A stretch of 64,000 nt of DNA from Eledone cirrhosa (Eukaryota), in contig OZ024763.1 in the NCBI GenBank assembly GCA_964016885.1, positions 2,976,001 through 3,040,000 on the forward strand, given 5' to 3'. The stretch's first letter is position 1, and each line of letters opens with the position of its first letter. Positions 38,820 through 52,258 of this stretch are shown here, one piece after another. The position numbers and the translations under genes are program-made. Below the pieces are notes generated by a model. The model was not told the DNA's origin. It saw nothing but the letters and a program-made list of their open reading frames with translations, and searched no databases.

Positions 38820-40190
38820 AACTCTGCTAATTTACTGCCTGTTAAGATAGGTGAAGCTGTGGCATTCATGCCTTTGCTGTGTAGAGAGCAGACATCTGTG
38901 ATGATACTACAAACAACTCTGCCAAGTTGCTACCTCTGAAGATAGGTGAAGCTGTGGCATTCATGCCTTTGCTGTGTAGAGAGCAGACATCTGTGATGAT
39001 ACTACAAACAACTCTGCCAAGTTGCTACCTCTGAAGATAGGTGAAGCTGTGGCATTCATGCCTTTGCTGTGTAGAGAGCAGACATCTGTGATGATACTAC
39101 AAACAACTCTGCCAAGTTGTTACCTCTGAAGATAGGTGAAGCTGTGGCATTCATGCCTTTGCTGTGTAGAGAGCAGACATCTGTGATGATACTACAAACA
39201 ACTCTGCCAAGTTGCTACCTCTGAAGATAGGTGAAGCTGTGGCATTCATGCCTTTGGTGTGTAGAGAGCAGACATCTGTGATGATACTACAAACAACTCT
39301 GCCAAGTTGCTACCTCTGAAGATAGGTGAAGCTGTGGCATTCATGCCTTTGCTGTGTAGAGAGCAGACATCTGTGATGATACTACAAACAACTCTGCCAA
39401 GTTGCTACCTCTGAAGATAGGTGAAGCTGTGGCATTCATGCCTTTGCTGTGTAGAGAGCAGACATCTGTGATGATACTACAAACAACTCTGCCAAGTTGC
39501 TACCTCTGAAGATAGGTGAAGCTGTGGCATTCATGCCTTTGCTGTGTAGAGAGCAGACATCTGTGATGATACTACAAACAACTCTGCCAAGTTGCTACCT
39601 CTGAAGATAGGTGAAGCTGTGGCATTCATGCCTTTGCTGTGTAGAGAGCAGACATCTGTGATGATACTACAAACAACTCTGCCAAGTTGCTACCTCTGAA
39701 GATAGGTGAAGCTGTGGCATTCATGCCTTTGCTGTGTAGAGAGCAGAGATCTGTGATGATACTACAAACAACTCTGCCAAGTTGCTACCTCTGAAGATAG
39801 GTGAAGTTGTGGCATTCATGTAGAGCAGAGAGCTGTGATGAATATAGCAATGAACTCTGTCAATTTTTTACCGCTGAAGATAAGTGAAGTTGTGACATTC
39901 ATGCCTGTGTTAGGAAGAGAGCAGAGAGCTGTGATGGATACTACAAACAACTTTGCCAATTTGCTATGTAGAGGATAGACAGCTGTAATGGATACTGCAA
40001 AGAACGCTACTAATTTTCTACCTCTGAAGATAGACAAATTAGGATAGGTGAAGTTGTGACATGCATGCCTGTGCTATGTAGAGGATAGTCAGCTGTGATG
40101 GATACTGCAAAATCTCTACTAATTTTCTGTGTCTGAAGATAGATAAGTTCTGATGGATGAAGTTGTGACATTCATGCCTATGCTATGTAT
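38820..40190. repeat. 95-bp satellite (about 10 homogeneous copies plus a decayed tail) containing a SINE S2 head
   Basis: ctgaagatagg at 38936, 39031, 39126 and onward; the unit contains the reverse complement of aggtagcaacttggcagagttgtt. Confidence 0.93.
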
Positions 40191-40245
40191 TATTAACCCT
40201 TGTTTTTTCTCCCTATATATTTCAGAGTTTAACTGAATTATCACA

Positions 40246-40352
40246 ATGAGAGTATCTGTCAAGTTTATATTAATTTGTATCCTGATATCGTTTGTGGTCC
40301 TCATCAGCTGGTTACATTGTCCGAACTCACAGAATGATGACAGCTTTCTTAT
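40246..40352 (+). CDS. GLCE: D-glucuronyl C5-epimerase, first coding exon (type II membrane anchor)
   Basis: Acceptor ...atatttcag at 40225, ATG at 40246. Reads MRVSVKFILICILISFVVLISWLHCPNSQNDDSFL plus 'at', then donor gtatgt at 40353. The phase-2 end joins the single 'g' that opens the 52063 exon (ATG). A short basic tail plus hydrophobic helix resembles the GLCE N-terminus as recalled ([20 protein letters not shown]...W). Not in the ORF track. Confidence 0.8.
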
Positions 40353-40501
40353 GTATGTATAAAATAACCCATACTCTTTCTTATGTTTTCTTATGCACCC
40401 AGTACACTCTGTAAAGTAGTAGTGTTGCTGCTACGATAAAATGTCAGCCTATGAAATTTTCAGCCCACCCTCATATTATTATCATCATCATCACTGTTTA
40501 A

Positions 40502-40700
40502 CCCTTTAGCATTTAAACCAGCCATATCCGGTCAGAATTCTCGCACTTCTTTCTGTTGAAACCGGCTGTAACCGGCCACTCATACTGATGTTAAGGTATT
40601 GTTCTCAAAATAAATAACAAATCTCAGATTTGATATTATGTGAGATAATTATGTAAGGTAAAGCCTTTACCATGAAAATCTAATAGTAAATGCTAAAGGG
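40502..40700. mobile_element. piggyBac-like MITE
   Basis: TTAA on both sides; 14-bp TIR ccctttagcattta / taaatgctaaaggg. Confidence 0.85.
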
Positions 40701-41104
40701 TTAAACATGATGTTTACACTATACTAATGTATTGAGTACCTTACTGACTGCGGTTACCCCAGATTGAACCCGGGACTCACACAATATAACTATATATTCA
40801 TTCGAAAGTCAGCCTATGAACTTTTCAGCCAACCCAGACCCTCCTTAGTAGTGTGTAGGGTGGGGGTGGAGTGGGCTGTAGTGTGGGGTTGGTGGGTGGG
40901 TGGATGGTTTCTTACCTGCAGGTGTTCTGGTTTTGAGAGAGATCCAAGTACAAACACCTGAACATTCTTAGCCTGTGTTTGTGAGGGTGGGTTAGGGGGA
41001 GTGGGGGTGGGGCTGTTGGGGGAGTGTTTTAGTAAGGGGGTATTTAAATTGAGATAATTCTAAATGTTTTGCTTATTTATGATAATGTTGGTATGTGTAG
41101 TGTT

Positions 41105-41145
<41 letters not shown>

Positions 41146-41218
41146 ATACATCTATCTCTATCTCTCTCTCTCTCTCTTGATATATATATGTATGTGTTTA
41201 TTTGTATATGTGTATGCA

Positions 41219-41261
<43 letters not shown>

Positions 41262-41322
41262 ATACATCTATCTCTATCTCTCTCTTGATATATGTATGTG
41301 TTTGTTTGTACATGTGTATGCA

Positions 41323-41378
<56 letters not shown>

Positions 41379-41733
41379 CATCTTTCTCCCTCTCTCAAAA
41401 GATATGTGTGTGTATATTTGTTTGTAGAAGTGTGTGTATATGTATGTATGACATGATGTGTGTGTGTATAATTTGATTTTAATGTGTATCTGAAGTATCT
41501 ATCAACATTACGCAGTGCAGATGTTTACACACACACACACACACACACAGGAGCTCTCCTGGGGAGTGAGGAGAGAAAGTTGATGTAAGATAAGTACAGA
41601 TAATATTGAGTATGTAGAGTTTGTTTAATGATTGTCAGGTGTATATATATGTGTGTGTGTGTGTCTATATATGTGTGTGTATATGTATGTATCTATATAT
41701 CTATATATCTCAGTATATGTGTGTCTATCTATC

Positions 41734-41766
<33 letters not shown>

Positions 41767-42110
41767 CTATATATGTATATCTATGTATCTCTCTCCCTAT
41801 ATATATATATATATATATATATACATGCATACACACACACATCATATATATACTTCTATATATGTACATAACACACACACTCACAACCCATGTTGGCATA
41901 GAAATTGGGCGTCAAATGATGATAATGGACATATGCATGCTATATACACATATATATATACACACACATATATCATTGTGAACACTTGATCAAAATATAT
42001 AGACATATATATATACACACATATGTATATCTATATATATATGTATATATAACACATATGTATGTATATTTATATACACACAAACATCATTGCGACCACA
42101 GTCAACCAAA

Positions 42111-42143
<33 letters not shown>

Positions 42144-42210
42144 CATATATATATATATACACACACATACATTTATATATATATACACACATACATTTAT
42201 ATATATATAT

Positions 42211-42650
42211 AGGCGCATGGCTTAGTGGTTAGAGCATTGGGCTTGCAATTGAAAGGTTGTGAGTTCAATTCTCAGACTGGGTGATGTGTTGTTTCCTTAA
42301 GCAAGACACTTTATTTCGCATTGCTCCACTTTACTCAAATGTAGAAATGAGAGGACAGGACTGGGGTCCCTATCATTCCACTGCAAAGTGGTTGTGGAGG
42401 TGCCACGGCAAAAAACCACCCAGCCCACACTGTAAAGTGGTCATGTAGGCGCCACAGAATAAAAGCACCCAGTACTCACTGTAAATGAGGTTGGTGTTAG
42501 GAATTGCATCCAGCTGTAGAAATCAAGCCAGAATCAGTTCCTGTATGAGCAAGACAAGGTCAGCCGACCGGACACTTCCCACAACAGGACAACCCGTCTA
42601 ACCCATGCTAGCATGGAAAAACGGACATAAAACGGTGATGATGATGATGA
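42211..42650 (+). mobile_element. S1 SINE in GLCE intron 1
   Basis: Head, core and (gat)n tail. Further copies at 44016-44195 (-), 45006-45282 (+, internal deletion), 53317-53462 (+) and 54550-54672 (-). Confidence 0.85.
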
Positions 42651-43009
42651 TATATACACACATACACACATATATATATATATACATACACACACACACA
42701 CATACATTTATATATATATACACACATATATTTATTTATTTATATATATATACACACACATATATATATAAACACACATACGTATGTGTGTGTACACACA
42801 CATACACACGTGTGTATATATGTATGTGTGAGTGTGTGTGTGTTTGTAATTAGGTTAATGCCTGTGATTACAAACGAGAGAAATAATTATTTGATGAAAG
42901 AAATAGAAGAGTTGAATGTGTTTACTTGGTTGGCCTGGAACTTAAAACTAGAGGTTAGTAGTAAACTGTAAACTATCGGGTTTAGAGTAAAGCCAGAGAC
43001 GGGGAGAGG

Positions 43010-43380
43010 GGGCAGTGTGAGAGAGGGGGAGTGTGGGTGAGAGAGAGGGGAGTGTGGGAGAGATAGTGAGAGAGAGGGGAGTGTGGGAGAGATAGTGAGA
43101 GAGAGGGGAGTGTGGGAGAGATAGTGAGAGAGAGGGGAGTGTGGGAGAGATAGTGAGAGAGAGGGGAGTGAGGGAGAGAGATAGTGAGAGAGGGGGCAGT
43201 GTGGGAGAGAGATAGTGAGAGAGGGGGGCAGTGTGGGAGAGAGATAGTGAGAGAGGGGGCAGTGTGGGAGAGAGATAGTGAGAGAGGGGGCAGTGTGGGA
43301 GAGAGATAGTGAGAGAGGGGGCAGTGTGGGAGAGAGATACTGAGAGAGGGGGCAGTGTGGGAGAGAGATAGTGAGAGAGG
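43010..43380. repeat. Purine-rich 29-33-bp minisatellite
   Basis: gagatagtgagagagagggg(gc)agtgtggga repeated. Confidence 0.9.
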
Positions 43381-44348
43381 AAGTGAGAAAGGTATAGAGG
43401 AAGAATCAACCCCAGTATTCGACTGGTACATTTTTTTTTATCAACCTTGAAAGGATAAAAGAGTGATAGAGAAGAAGTGAGAGATACAGAGGAAGAACCA
43501 GACCCCAATACTTTACTGGTACTTGCTTTATCGACCTCAAAAGAATGACAAAGTGATAGAGAGAAAGTGTGATATCGATATAGAGGAAGAAACACCCCCC
43601 GTATTTGACTGGTACTTTTTTTCTTTAAAGGGGACACAGTACAAATACAATGGGTATACAAATAGTCCCCTCTCTTCAGTCAACCTCTGGTAATCACTAT
43701 AGTTTCAGTACATCAAGGCTGATACTAATTGTTCCAGTGCACATTGGGACACAACAAAACAGGTAGACCCACAGGAGGACACAGTTATACATACAGGTGG
43801 ATACATATGCAGACACACACAGTGTGAGACAGAGAGAGAGAGAGAGAGTGCTGGTCCCTTTTTTCCCTATCTATAGGGATATTTTACTTCATTTTCTAAG
43901 CCATTATTTATAGTGACTGACTGCTGTTACAGTTATTTTCTACATTTGGGATTACCACATTTTCAAATTTCATATTGTCAAACACTTTAATAATTCATAA
44001 TAAAATTTGCGGTTCACCATGCCTTGCTCATACAGGAACTGATTTTGGCTTGATTTCTACAGCTGGATGCCCTTCCTAACACCAACCTCATTTACAGTGA
44101 GTGCTGGGTGCTTTTTCCTGGCCCCTACACGTCCACTTTACAGTGTGGGCTGGGTGCTTTTTTGCCATGGCACCTCCACGACCACCTTGCAGTGGGGGGG
44201 GGGGCATATTGTCTATATGCTTCAGCTTGTACCCATGGGATTTATATATATATAGTATATGTATATTTAGGTACATTTATATATGTTCATATATGTACAT
44301 ATAATGTATATTTATATATATATATATATATAGTTTCTACTTTTGGTA

Positions 44349-44391
<43 letters not shown>

Positions 44392-44401
44392 CTCTCTCTC
44401 T

Positions 44402-44444
<43 letters not shown>

Positions 44445-44641
44445 ATGTATATATAGGTACATTTATATATGTACGTATAATATACATATATGTATATATG
44501 TGTGTGTGTGTATTTATATGTATATATGTGTGTGTGTGTATTTATATATATATATGTGTGGGTGTGTGTTTTTATATATATATGTCTATATATATATATA
44601 TATATATATACAATGTATATATATGTGTGTGTGTGTGCATT

Positions 44642-44678
<37 letters not shown>

Positions 44679-44895
44679 AAGGTGTTTCATGAATGCCAGC
44701 TATGCAAAACATCCATCAGTGTACAACTAACAAATCTAATTTTAATATAAATGTTTAATTTTTATGAGATACAGCTGGTAAACGGGTATATATATTCTAT
44801 ATACACCCTACCTCAATTATATGGTTTTGATTTTTAAAATTTCATGTTATGGCTTAAGTACCTGCAGCTGTCCCTGATATCTATCACTTTGTAGG

Positions 44896-44927
<32 letters not shown>

Positions 44928-44947
44928 TATATTATACTATATTATAT

Positions 44948-45007
<60 letters not shown>

Positions 45008-45622
45008 GCACATGGCTTAGTGGTTAGAGCATTGGCCTTGCAATCGAAAGGTTGTGAGTTGTTTACTCAGCTGTAGAAATGAGATGATATGGACTGGGGT
45101 CCCTATCATTCCACTGCAAAGTGGTCGTGGAGGTGCCACGGCAAAAAAGCACCCAGCACTCACTGTAAATGAGATTGGTGTTAGGAAGGGCATCCAGCTG
45201 TAGAAATCAAGCCAGAATCAGTTCCCGTCCCACCCTTGCAAGCAGGGAAAAAGCGGACGTAAAATAAAATGAAATGAATGAATATACACACACACAATCA
45301 TGCACACCTATATATTTGTGTATGTACACATACGTAGGTGTGTGTATATATATACACACACACAACAACGTATGTGTACATATATATATATATTTGTGTG
45401 TATATATATATATATGTATATATCATTATCGATGTGTGTTTATATATATATAAACACACATACAGGGTGTATATATATATGTAGACACCCACAAACATAT
45501 ACACACACACACACACATGTTCTATAAGATTCTTGATGTGAAATCGTGTGTTGAAACGATTATTGTTATATTTGGGGATGATGCTGTTTGTATTGCCAAC
45601 GGAAACGATCTCACCGTATAAT

Positions 45623-45669
45623 TTTCCTGATGATTTCCTTTGAATGAAACAGTTCTAGTCCTGTAGAAG
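45623..45669 (+). ncRNA. Type I hammerhead ribozyme motif (family E), sense strand of GLCE intron 1
   Basis: tttc-CTGATGA(45627)-t-TTC-cttt-GAA-t-GAAA-CAG-ttctagtc-CTG-TA-gaag: stems I, II and III plus a GUA triplet. Confidence 0.65.
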
Positions 45670-45781
45670 CCATTTCTATATTAAAATTGATGTTTACACT
45701 CTACTGATGTATTGAGTACCTTACTGTGGTTACCCCTGATTGAACACAGGATTCACACACACACACACACACATTTATATA

Positions 45782-45857
<76 letters not shown>

Positions 45858-45859
<2 letters not shown>

Positions 45860-46021
45860 AAAAGAGTCCAGCCGTTTCGACTGCTAGATCCAAACTGTCG
45901 AAACGGCCAGAGCTCAGCTGTCAGGGGCCCTGGTTCTTTTCCTATTACCCAGTCTACTACCCTAAGTATTGAGTACTCTGGTGCATTATGGTCAACCAGG
46001 TTTCTTACCACACTTTCTTTG

Positions 46022-46023
<2 letters not shown>
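45858..46023 (+). mobile_element. Family D element, copy 2, between (TA)n tracts
   Basis: gccgtttcgac...gtcGAAACGGC...GCTGTC; body homologous to 19388-19536 (ORF track peptides VVRNxVDHNAPxYSILRVV match). Confidence 0.75.
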
Positions 46024-46078
<55 letters not shown>

Positions 46079-46636
46079 TTCAAAATTGTAATAAAGCCAA
46101 GGATAGTTTTATTATTTATTTATACATCTCTACAAACGTTTCAATGTGGTTAGAATATCACATCCATTTGTGGAGCGATTGGAGATCTCCACTTTGGGGA
46201 GGGCTTTATCTCAATCGTATCTCTTCAGGAAATATATAGAAGAAAATAACAATACCACCATAAGACATCATCAAGAGAGTGAGAGGATTCAAAGGAGCTT
46301 TTAGGCTTGAAATGCCCTTAATAAGATATATCTTAATCCAGTTTTTGCTTCTGAAGAAGAGAGGATGCTAAAGTACATTGAGCTTAACTTCCCAATGAAA
46401 ATAGTAAAGTGCTGCACTATAATTATATATATATATATGCAGTTCTGTTTACATGCCAACACAAGAGCAAGAATGAAGGGCTCATTCTACTGACATGGCT
46501 TTAACAATGAGGCTTGTTTGCATAATTGCAAACGAATCAAATGTTATTATTAGTAGTTGAAAAACTCGGATTACATTTATTGTATTCAACCATGTAAAGC
46601 GAAATTTTCTTTATTTAAAAAAAATTTCTTTTTCAT

Positions 46637-46668
<32 letters not shown>

Positions 46669-46672
46669 ATAC

Positions 46673-47325
46673 ATAAACGAACTAAGGAAAAAATTAGAGA
46701 TAAGAGGGATCAGATGTTGTTTACTCGAGAGAAGGCTGCGTTGGTATGGACACGTGATGCGCATGAAAGTCGATAGCTGTATTACAAAGTGCAGGGCAAT
46801 AAAGATAGACGGTAGCCACGGAATAGGCAGACCTAGAAAAACATGGGATGAGCTGATAAACTCCGACCTCACACACTTACACCTCTCCAAGACAATGTCA
46901 CTGGACCGTGACCTTTGGCGGTACTCAGTAACAGAGAAGACCCGCCTTGCCAGTAGGCATCTCTAACAAACTACACCCCGTCCCGCCACCACCCCCACCC
47001 CATCCACACCACCCCGTTCTATGTAAAGTTATGTTGGTGCCGCGCCATCCAGGCCGAAACAAATGAGATCGTGTAGGTGTCACGACAAAAAAACACACAG
47101 TCCACGCTGTAATGTGGCCGTGTAGGCAACACGGTAAAAACCTCCCAGACCCACACTGTAAATGTGGTTGGTGTTAGGAAGGGCATCCAACTGTAGAAAA
47201 CCTGCCAGACAGTCCTATGCGAGCAAGACAATCACTCTTGCCTCAAGTGGGACTACCCCCGTCCAAACCCATGCAAGCGTGGAACACGGACGTTAAACGT
47301 TGATGATGATGATGATGATGATGAT
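46673..47325 (+). mobile_element. 5'-truncated RTE LINE (ORF end plus 3' UTR)
   Basis: ELRKKLEIRGIRCCLLERRLRWYGHVMRMK...GRPRKTWDELI...DRDLWR; tail gacgttaaacgtt(gat)n. Confidence 0.9.
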
Positions 47326-47382
47326 ATATATATATATATATATATATATGTATTTCTTTTTCATTATATATATATTATATAT

Positions 47383-47413
<31 letters not shown>

Positions 47414-47749
47414 GATATATATGTGTGTGAATATATAGATATGAATCTGCCGAGATAGCTGGTAGATGTCTGTCTGCCTGATATTGGTCTACATCTGTAA
47501 AAGTAGAACATCCTGGGCCAGGTCAGTCACAGTTTACTGGTGGTGGTGGTGGTGTGATGCTGATGGTGGTGGTGGTGAGGAAAACCATATGTTTTGTAGC
47601 TAGGTTAGTAGTGGTGGTGTTGGTGGTGGTACTGAGGATGGTGGTGGTAGTGTTGTTAGCATGAGTTGCCACCACATAATATCTTCTTCTTGTGCTTCTT
47701 CTTCTCCCATTTATTCCTGATGGGGGGGGGGGGGGGGTCAGAGTCCTGA

Positions 47750-48772
47750 AATACTCCTTCCAGCAGGTCCTGTCAGAAGTAACTGTCTCTAACTGATTGG
47801 GCTGGATCCCCAAGTGAGACAAGCCAAGCTCATGGATATTATCCAACCATCTTGCTCGCAGTCTACCCCTGGGTCTCCTGCTGGTTGGTTTGGCTCATAA
47901 AATCTGTCTAGTAATCAACCCCCACCTCACCGAGACATTCTAACCACATTTCCATAATATCAGAGGTGTGATCTCTCAAATCTGTCCAGTGATTCTTTCC
48001 TGAGACATTCTAACCACATCTCTGTAATATCAGAGCTGTGATCTCTCTGTCCAGTGATTCTTTCCTGAGACATTCTAACCACATGTCTGTAATATCTGAG
48101 CTGTGATCTCTTAAATCTGTCCAGTGATTCTTTCCTGAGACATTCTAACCACATCTCTGTAATATCAGAGCTGTGATCTCTTAAATCTGTCCAGTGATTC
48201 TTTCCTGAGACATTCTAACCACATCTCTGTAATATCAGAGCTGTGATCTCTCAAATCTGTCCAGTGATTCTTTCCTGAGACATTCTAACCACATCTCTGT
48301 AATATCAGAGCTGTGATCTCTCAAATATGTCCAGTGATTCTTTCCTGAGACATTCTAACCACATGTCTGTAATATCAGAGCTGTGATCTCTCAAATATGT
48401 CCAGTGATTCTTTCCTGAGACATTCTAACCACATGTCTGTAATATCAGAGCTGTGATCTCTCAAATCTGTCCAGTGATTCTTTCCTGAGACATTCTAACC
48501 ACATGTCTGTAATATCAGAGCTGTGATCTCTCAAATCTGTCCAGTGATTCTTTCCTGAGACATTCTAACCACATGTCTGTAATATCAGATGTCCAGTGAT
48601 TCTTTCCTGAGACATTCTAACCACATTTCCATAATATCAGAGATGTGATCTCTCAAATCTGTCCAGTGATTCTTTCCTGAGACATTCTAACATGTCTGTA
48701 ATATCAGAGCTGTGATCTCTCTGTCCAGTGATTCTTTCCTGAGACATTCTAACCACATCTCTGTAATATCAG
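47750..48772 (-). repeat. RTE remnant (47750-47930) continuing into a 70-bp tandem array of LINE coding sequence
   Basis: Unit ccagtgattctttcctgagacattctaaccacat...aaatctgt (48121 to 48191); the minus strand gives RSQLRYYRHVVRMSQERI. Confidence 0.85.
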
Positions 48773-50014
48773 ATACATATATGTATGTACGTGTACATAC
48801 TTATAAATACATATATATATATATAGAGAGAGAGATGCACACACATACATACACCTGTGTGTGTGTGTGTATAGATAGATAGATAGATGCACATACATAT
48901 ATATATACACACACATATATACATATAAGTACTTATTAAATTGGGGCAAGAGACAAAAAATGAGGTGAAGGTATTTGTTAACGGCCATAATTAGATTAGT
49001 CTTATAATTATTAATCATCATTGTAATGGTCCCTTCATTATCATTATCTGTTACTGGTAGTGGTGTGGGGTTGCTGGTGGTATGATGGTGTGATGGTGAT
49101 GATGGTGGTGGAGGTGGAGGTGGAATGGTGTGGCTGATGTCAGTGGTGATGGTGGTGGTGTGGGGTTGCTGGTGGTATAGTAGTGGTGTGGTGGTGGTGG
49201 TATGATGGTATGATGGTAGTGGAATGATGATGGTGGTATGGTGGTGGTGTGGGGTTGCTGGTGGTATAGTAGTGGTGTGGTGGTGGCATGATGGTGATGG
49301 TAGTGTAATGATGATGGTGGTGTGGTGGCGGTGGTATGGTGTGGCTGATGTCAGTGGTGATGGTGGTGGTGTGGGGTTGCTGGTGGTATAGTAGTGGTGT
49401 GGTGGTGGTATGATGGTAGTGGAATGATGATGGTGGTATGGTGTGGCTGATGTCAGTGGGGTTGCTGGTGGTATAGTAGTGGTGTGGTGGTGGTATGATG
49501 GTGATGGTGGCAGTGGTATGGTGTGGCTGATGTCAGTGGTGATGGTGGTGGTGTGGGGTTGCTGGTGGTATAGTAGTGGTGTGGTGGTGGTATAGTAGTG
49601 GTGTGGTGGTGGTATGATGGTAGTGGAATGATGATGGTGGTATGGTGTGGCTGATGTCAGTGGTGATGGTGGTGGTGATGGTATGATGGTATGATGGTGA
49701 TGGTATGGTGGCAGTGGTATGGTGTGGCTGATGGTGGTGGTGTGGGGTTGCTGGTTTTATAGTAGTGTTGTTGTTGGTGTTGTTGTTGGTGTGGTTGTGG
49801 TATTGGTATGCTAATGCTGGTGCTAGTGTGGTATTGTCAGTGGTGTGGTGGTGGTGGTATTGTCAGTGGTGTGGTGGTGTTGGTGTGGTAGTGGTTGTGG
49901 TGTTAGAGGAGTACAGGAAATGGCTTTTCTCTGGCAAGGTTAGTTATGATAGTCTGTAGTCAGTGATGGTTTATTAAGTTCAGTGTAAATTAAGGGCTAG
50001 CATAGAATTGCTTG

Positions 50015-50068
<54 letters not shown>

Positions 50069-50103
50069 GCGCATACCATAGCTTATTCTCATTTAGTGAT
50101 ATA

Positions 50104-50180
<77 letters not shown>

Positions 50181-51100
50181 TGTATGTGTATGGTGGTGTT
50201 GTATGTGTATGGTGTATAGGGGTGTTAGAGAGAGAGGAGATACACACACATATATATATAATTGTGTGGGTGTGTGTTAGAGAAAGACGTATCATATACC
50301 TATATATATATATATATAAACACACACATATACAATTGTGTGTGTGTGTTTATATATATATATATATACATATTTATAAACACAGGAGAGGAAAGGTTGT
50401 GGTGTAGAATGTTGACATAAAGGGTGTGGGTGGGGGCAGTATAGGTGGGACACTGGGGGAATTGAGTGCAAACGAAAGAGTGGTTCTTCAATGTATACCC
50501 TCTCCCCACCCACTCCCTGTTCCACCTCTTCCATCCTTACATCGCCCCCCCCCTCTGTCTTCTACCCCCTCACCCTTCCATCCTTATGCTTCCCTCCTCA
50601 TCACTGCCCAGCAAGCCTCTTCCTCCCTCCCCCCTCCACTCATCATCTCCCTGCATGCCCCCTTCCTTCTCTCCTCCCCTCCTCACTTCTGTATTCTACC
50701 CACCCCCAATCACCCAGCCCTTTCCATCTCCCCACCTCACCCCACTCTACCTTGTCACCTCATTGTCCTCATTCTCTGATCCTGCCATTGTACCACTGTA
50801 ATGTGCCTCACCCTCATCCACCCACACCCTTAACTCCCACCCTCACCCCACCCCTACATACATACAGACCACCCACCCTACCCAACCCCTTCTTACAACT
50901 GTTCTACACACACTTCTCTATACAATGTGTATATGTGTGTAATGGAGCAGGCTGTTAAAGGCCTCATGTTTAGAGCAAGTGGCCCCTAAAGGGTTCACTA
51001 GAACTAAAAAATAAAGGAGGAGGTCCCTAAAGTATTATTTGTCAGTAAAGTTTGGCAGTTCTTTGGGACATTCTTTGATATTCTAAACTTTCTACTTTAA

Positions 51101-51805
51101 CCCCTTTCCATACCATCAAACCCAGCCCTCTATATATACTATTGTATTTTCACAGTAAAGGCTTTACCTCACATAATATCTCACATAACATTTACATTAC
51201 TCTATATATACTATTGTATTTTCACAGTAAAGGCTTTACCTCACATAATATCTCACATAACATTTACATTACTCTATATATACAATTGTATTTTCATGGT
51301 AAAGGCTTTACCTCACATAATATCTCACATAACATTTACATTACTCTATATATACTATTGTATTTTCACAGTAAAGGCTTTACCTCACATAATATCTCAC
51401 ATAACATTTACATTACTCTATATATACTATTGTATTTTCACAGTAAAGGCTTTACCTCACATAATATCTCGCACAACATTTACATTACTCTATATATACA
51501 ATTGTATTTTCATGGTAAAGGCTTTACCTCACATAATATCTCGCATAACATTTACATTACTCTATATATACTATTGTATTTTCACAGTAAAGGCTTTACC
51601 TCACATAATATTTACATTACTCTATATATACTGTTATATTTTCATGGAAAAGACTTTACCTCACATATCGAATTGATGAGATTTTGATGTTATTTATTTT
51701 GAGAACAATACCTTAACATCAGTATGAGCAGCCAGTTAGGACTATTTTGAACAGAAAGAGTTGAAAGAATTCTGGCCATACACAACCAGTTTAAATGCTA
51801 AAGGG
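51101..51805. mobile_element. piggyBac-like MITE relative inflated by a 72-bp internal tandem array
   Basis: Ends taaatgctaaaggg-TTAA; 51670-51805 is a reverse homolog of 40502-40630; about 7.5 copies of a 72-bp unit. Confidence 0.8.
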
Positions 51806-51872
51806 TTAAAGATAAACTTAAAACTAAATGACACACCAAGTTAAAGATCTGTTTAACCTATCGCCACCTTAA

Positions 51873-51944
51873 CCCTTTAGCCAGTTTGAACAGAAAAAGG
51901 TGAAAGAATTCTGGCCAGAGATGGCAGGTTTAAATACTAAAGGG
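51873..51944. mobile_element. 72-bp mini-MITE of the same family
   Basis: TTAA-ccctttagc...taaatactaaaggg-TTAA. Confidence 0.7.
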
Positions 51945-52062
51945 TTAAGTGATTTCTACATTTGCGTTCCAACATTTCAAATTTCCAATCAATCAACTAA
52001 GAACTTTGATAAATCAATAAACTATGATTTCTTTTTTCTTTTCTTCCCTTTTTTCTCTGCAG

Positions 52063-52258
52063 GAAAAGCCTAAAGTTAAACCCTGATTATAAAGTGTCTC
52101 ACATTAGGGCAGCTAAATCACTGCCATATGGTAGGAATTACAACTCTCTACAGTATGATGAGGTGGAGTGTCTTATAAACAAGGAATATACAGTAAAATG
52201 TCGCAAGGAAGGCAAGGAAACTTTCATTCCTTTCAGCTTCATAGAACGGTACTTTGAA
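52063..52258 (+). CDS. GLCE: GLCE coding exon 2
   Basis: Long polypyrimidine tract ending tgcag, donor gtaagt at 52259. Reads KSLKLNPDYKVSHIRAAKSLPYGRNYNSLQYDEVECLINKEYTVKCRKEGKETFIPFSFIERYFE, matching recalled GLCE [34 protein letters not shown]. Confidence 0.95.

Noticed and set aside
38930-38960. CTGAAGA...GAAG in the 95-bp satellite as a hammerhead
   Set aside because: No stem II, GAAG instead of GAAA, and no stem I or III pairing.
40911-40975. Possible short minus-strand exon (cag|gtgtttg...ctgcag|gtaag)
   Set aside because: Good donor but a weak acceptor tract, no partner exons and no recognisable peptide.
823-50534. Numerous YI/CV/HT-repeat ORFs
   Set aside because: Translations of (TA)n, (TG)n and (CA)n microsatellites.
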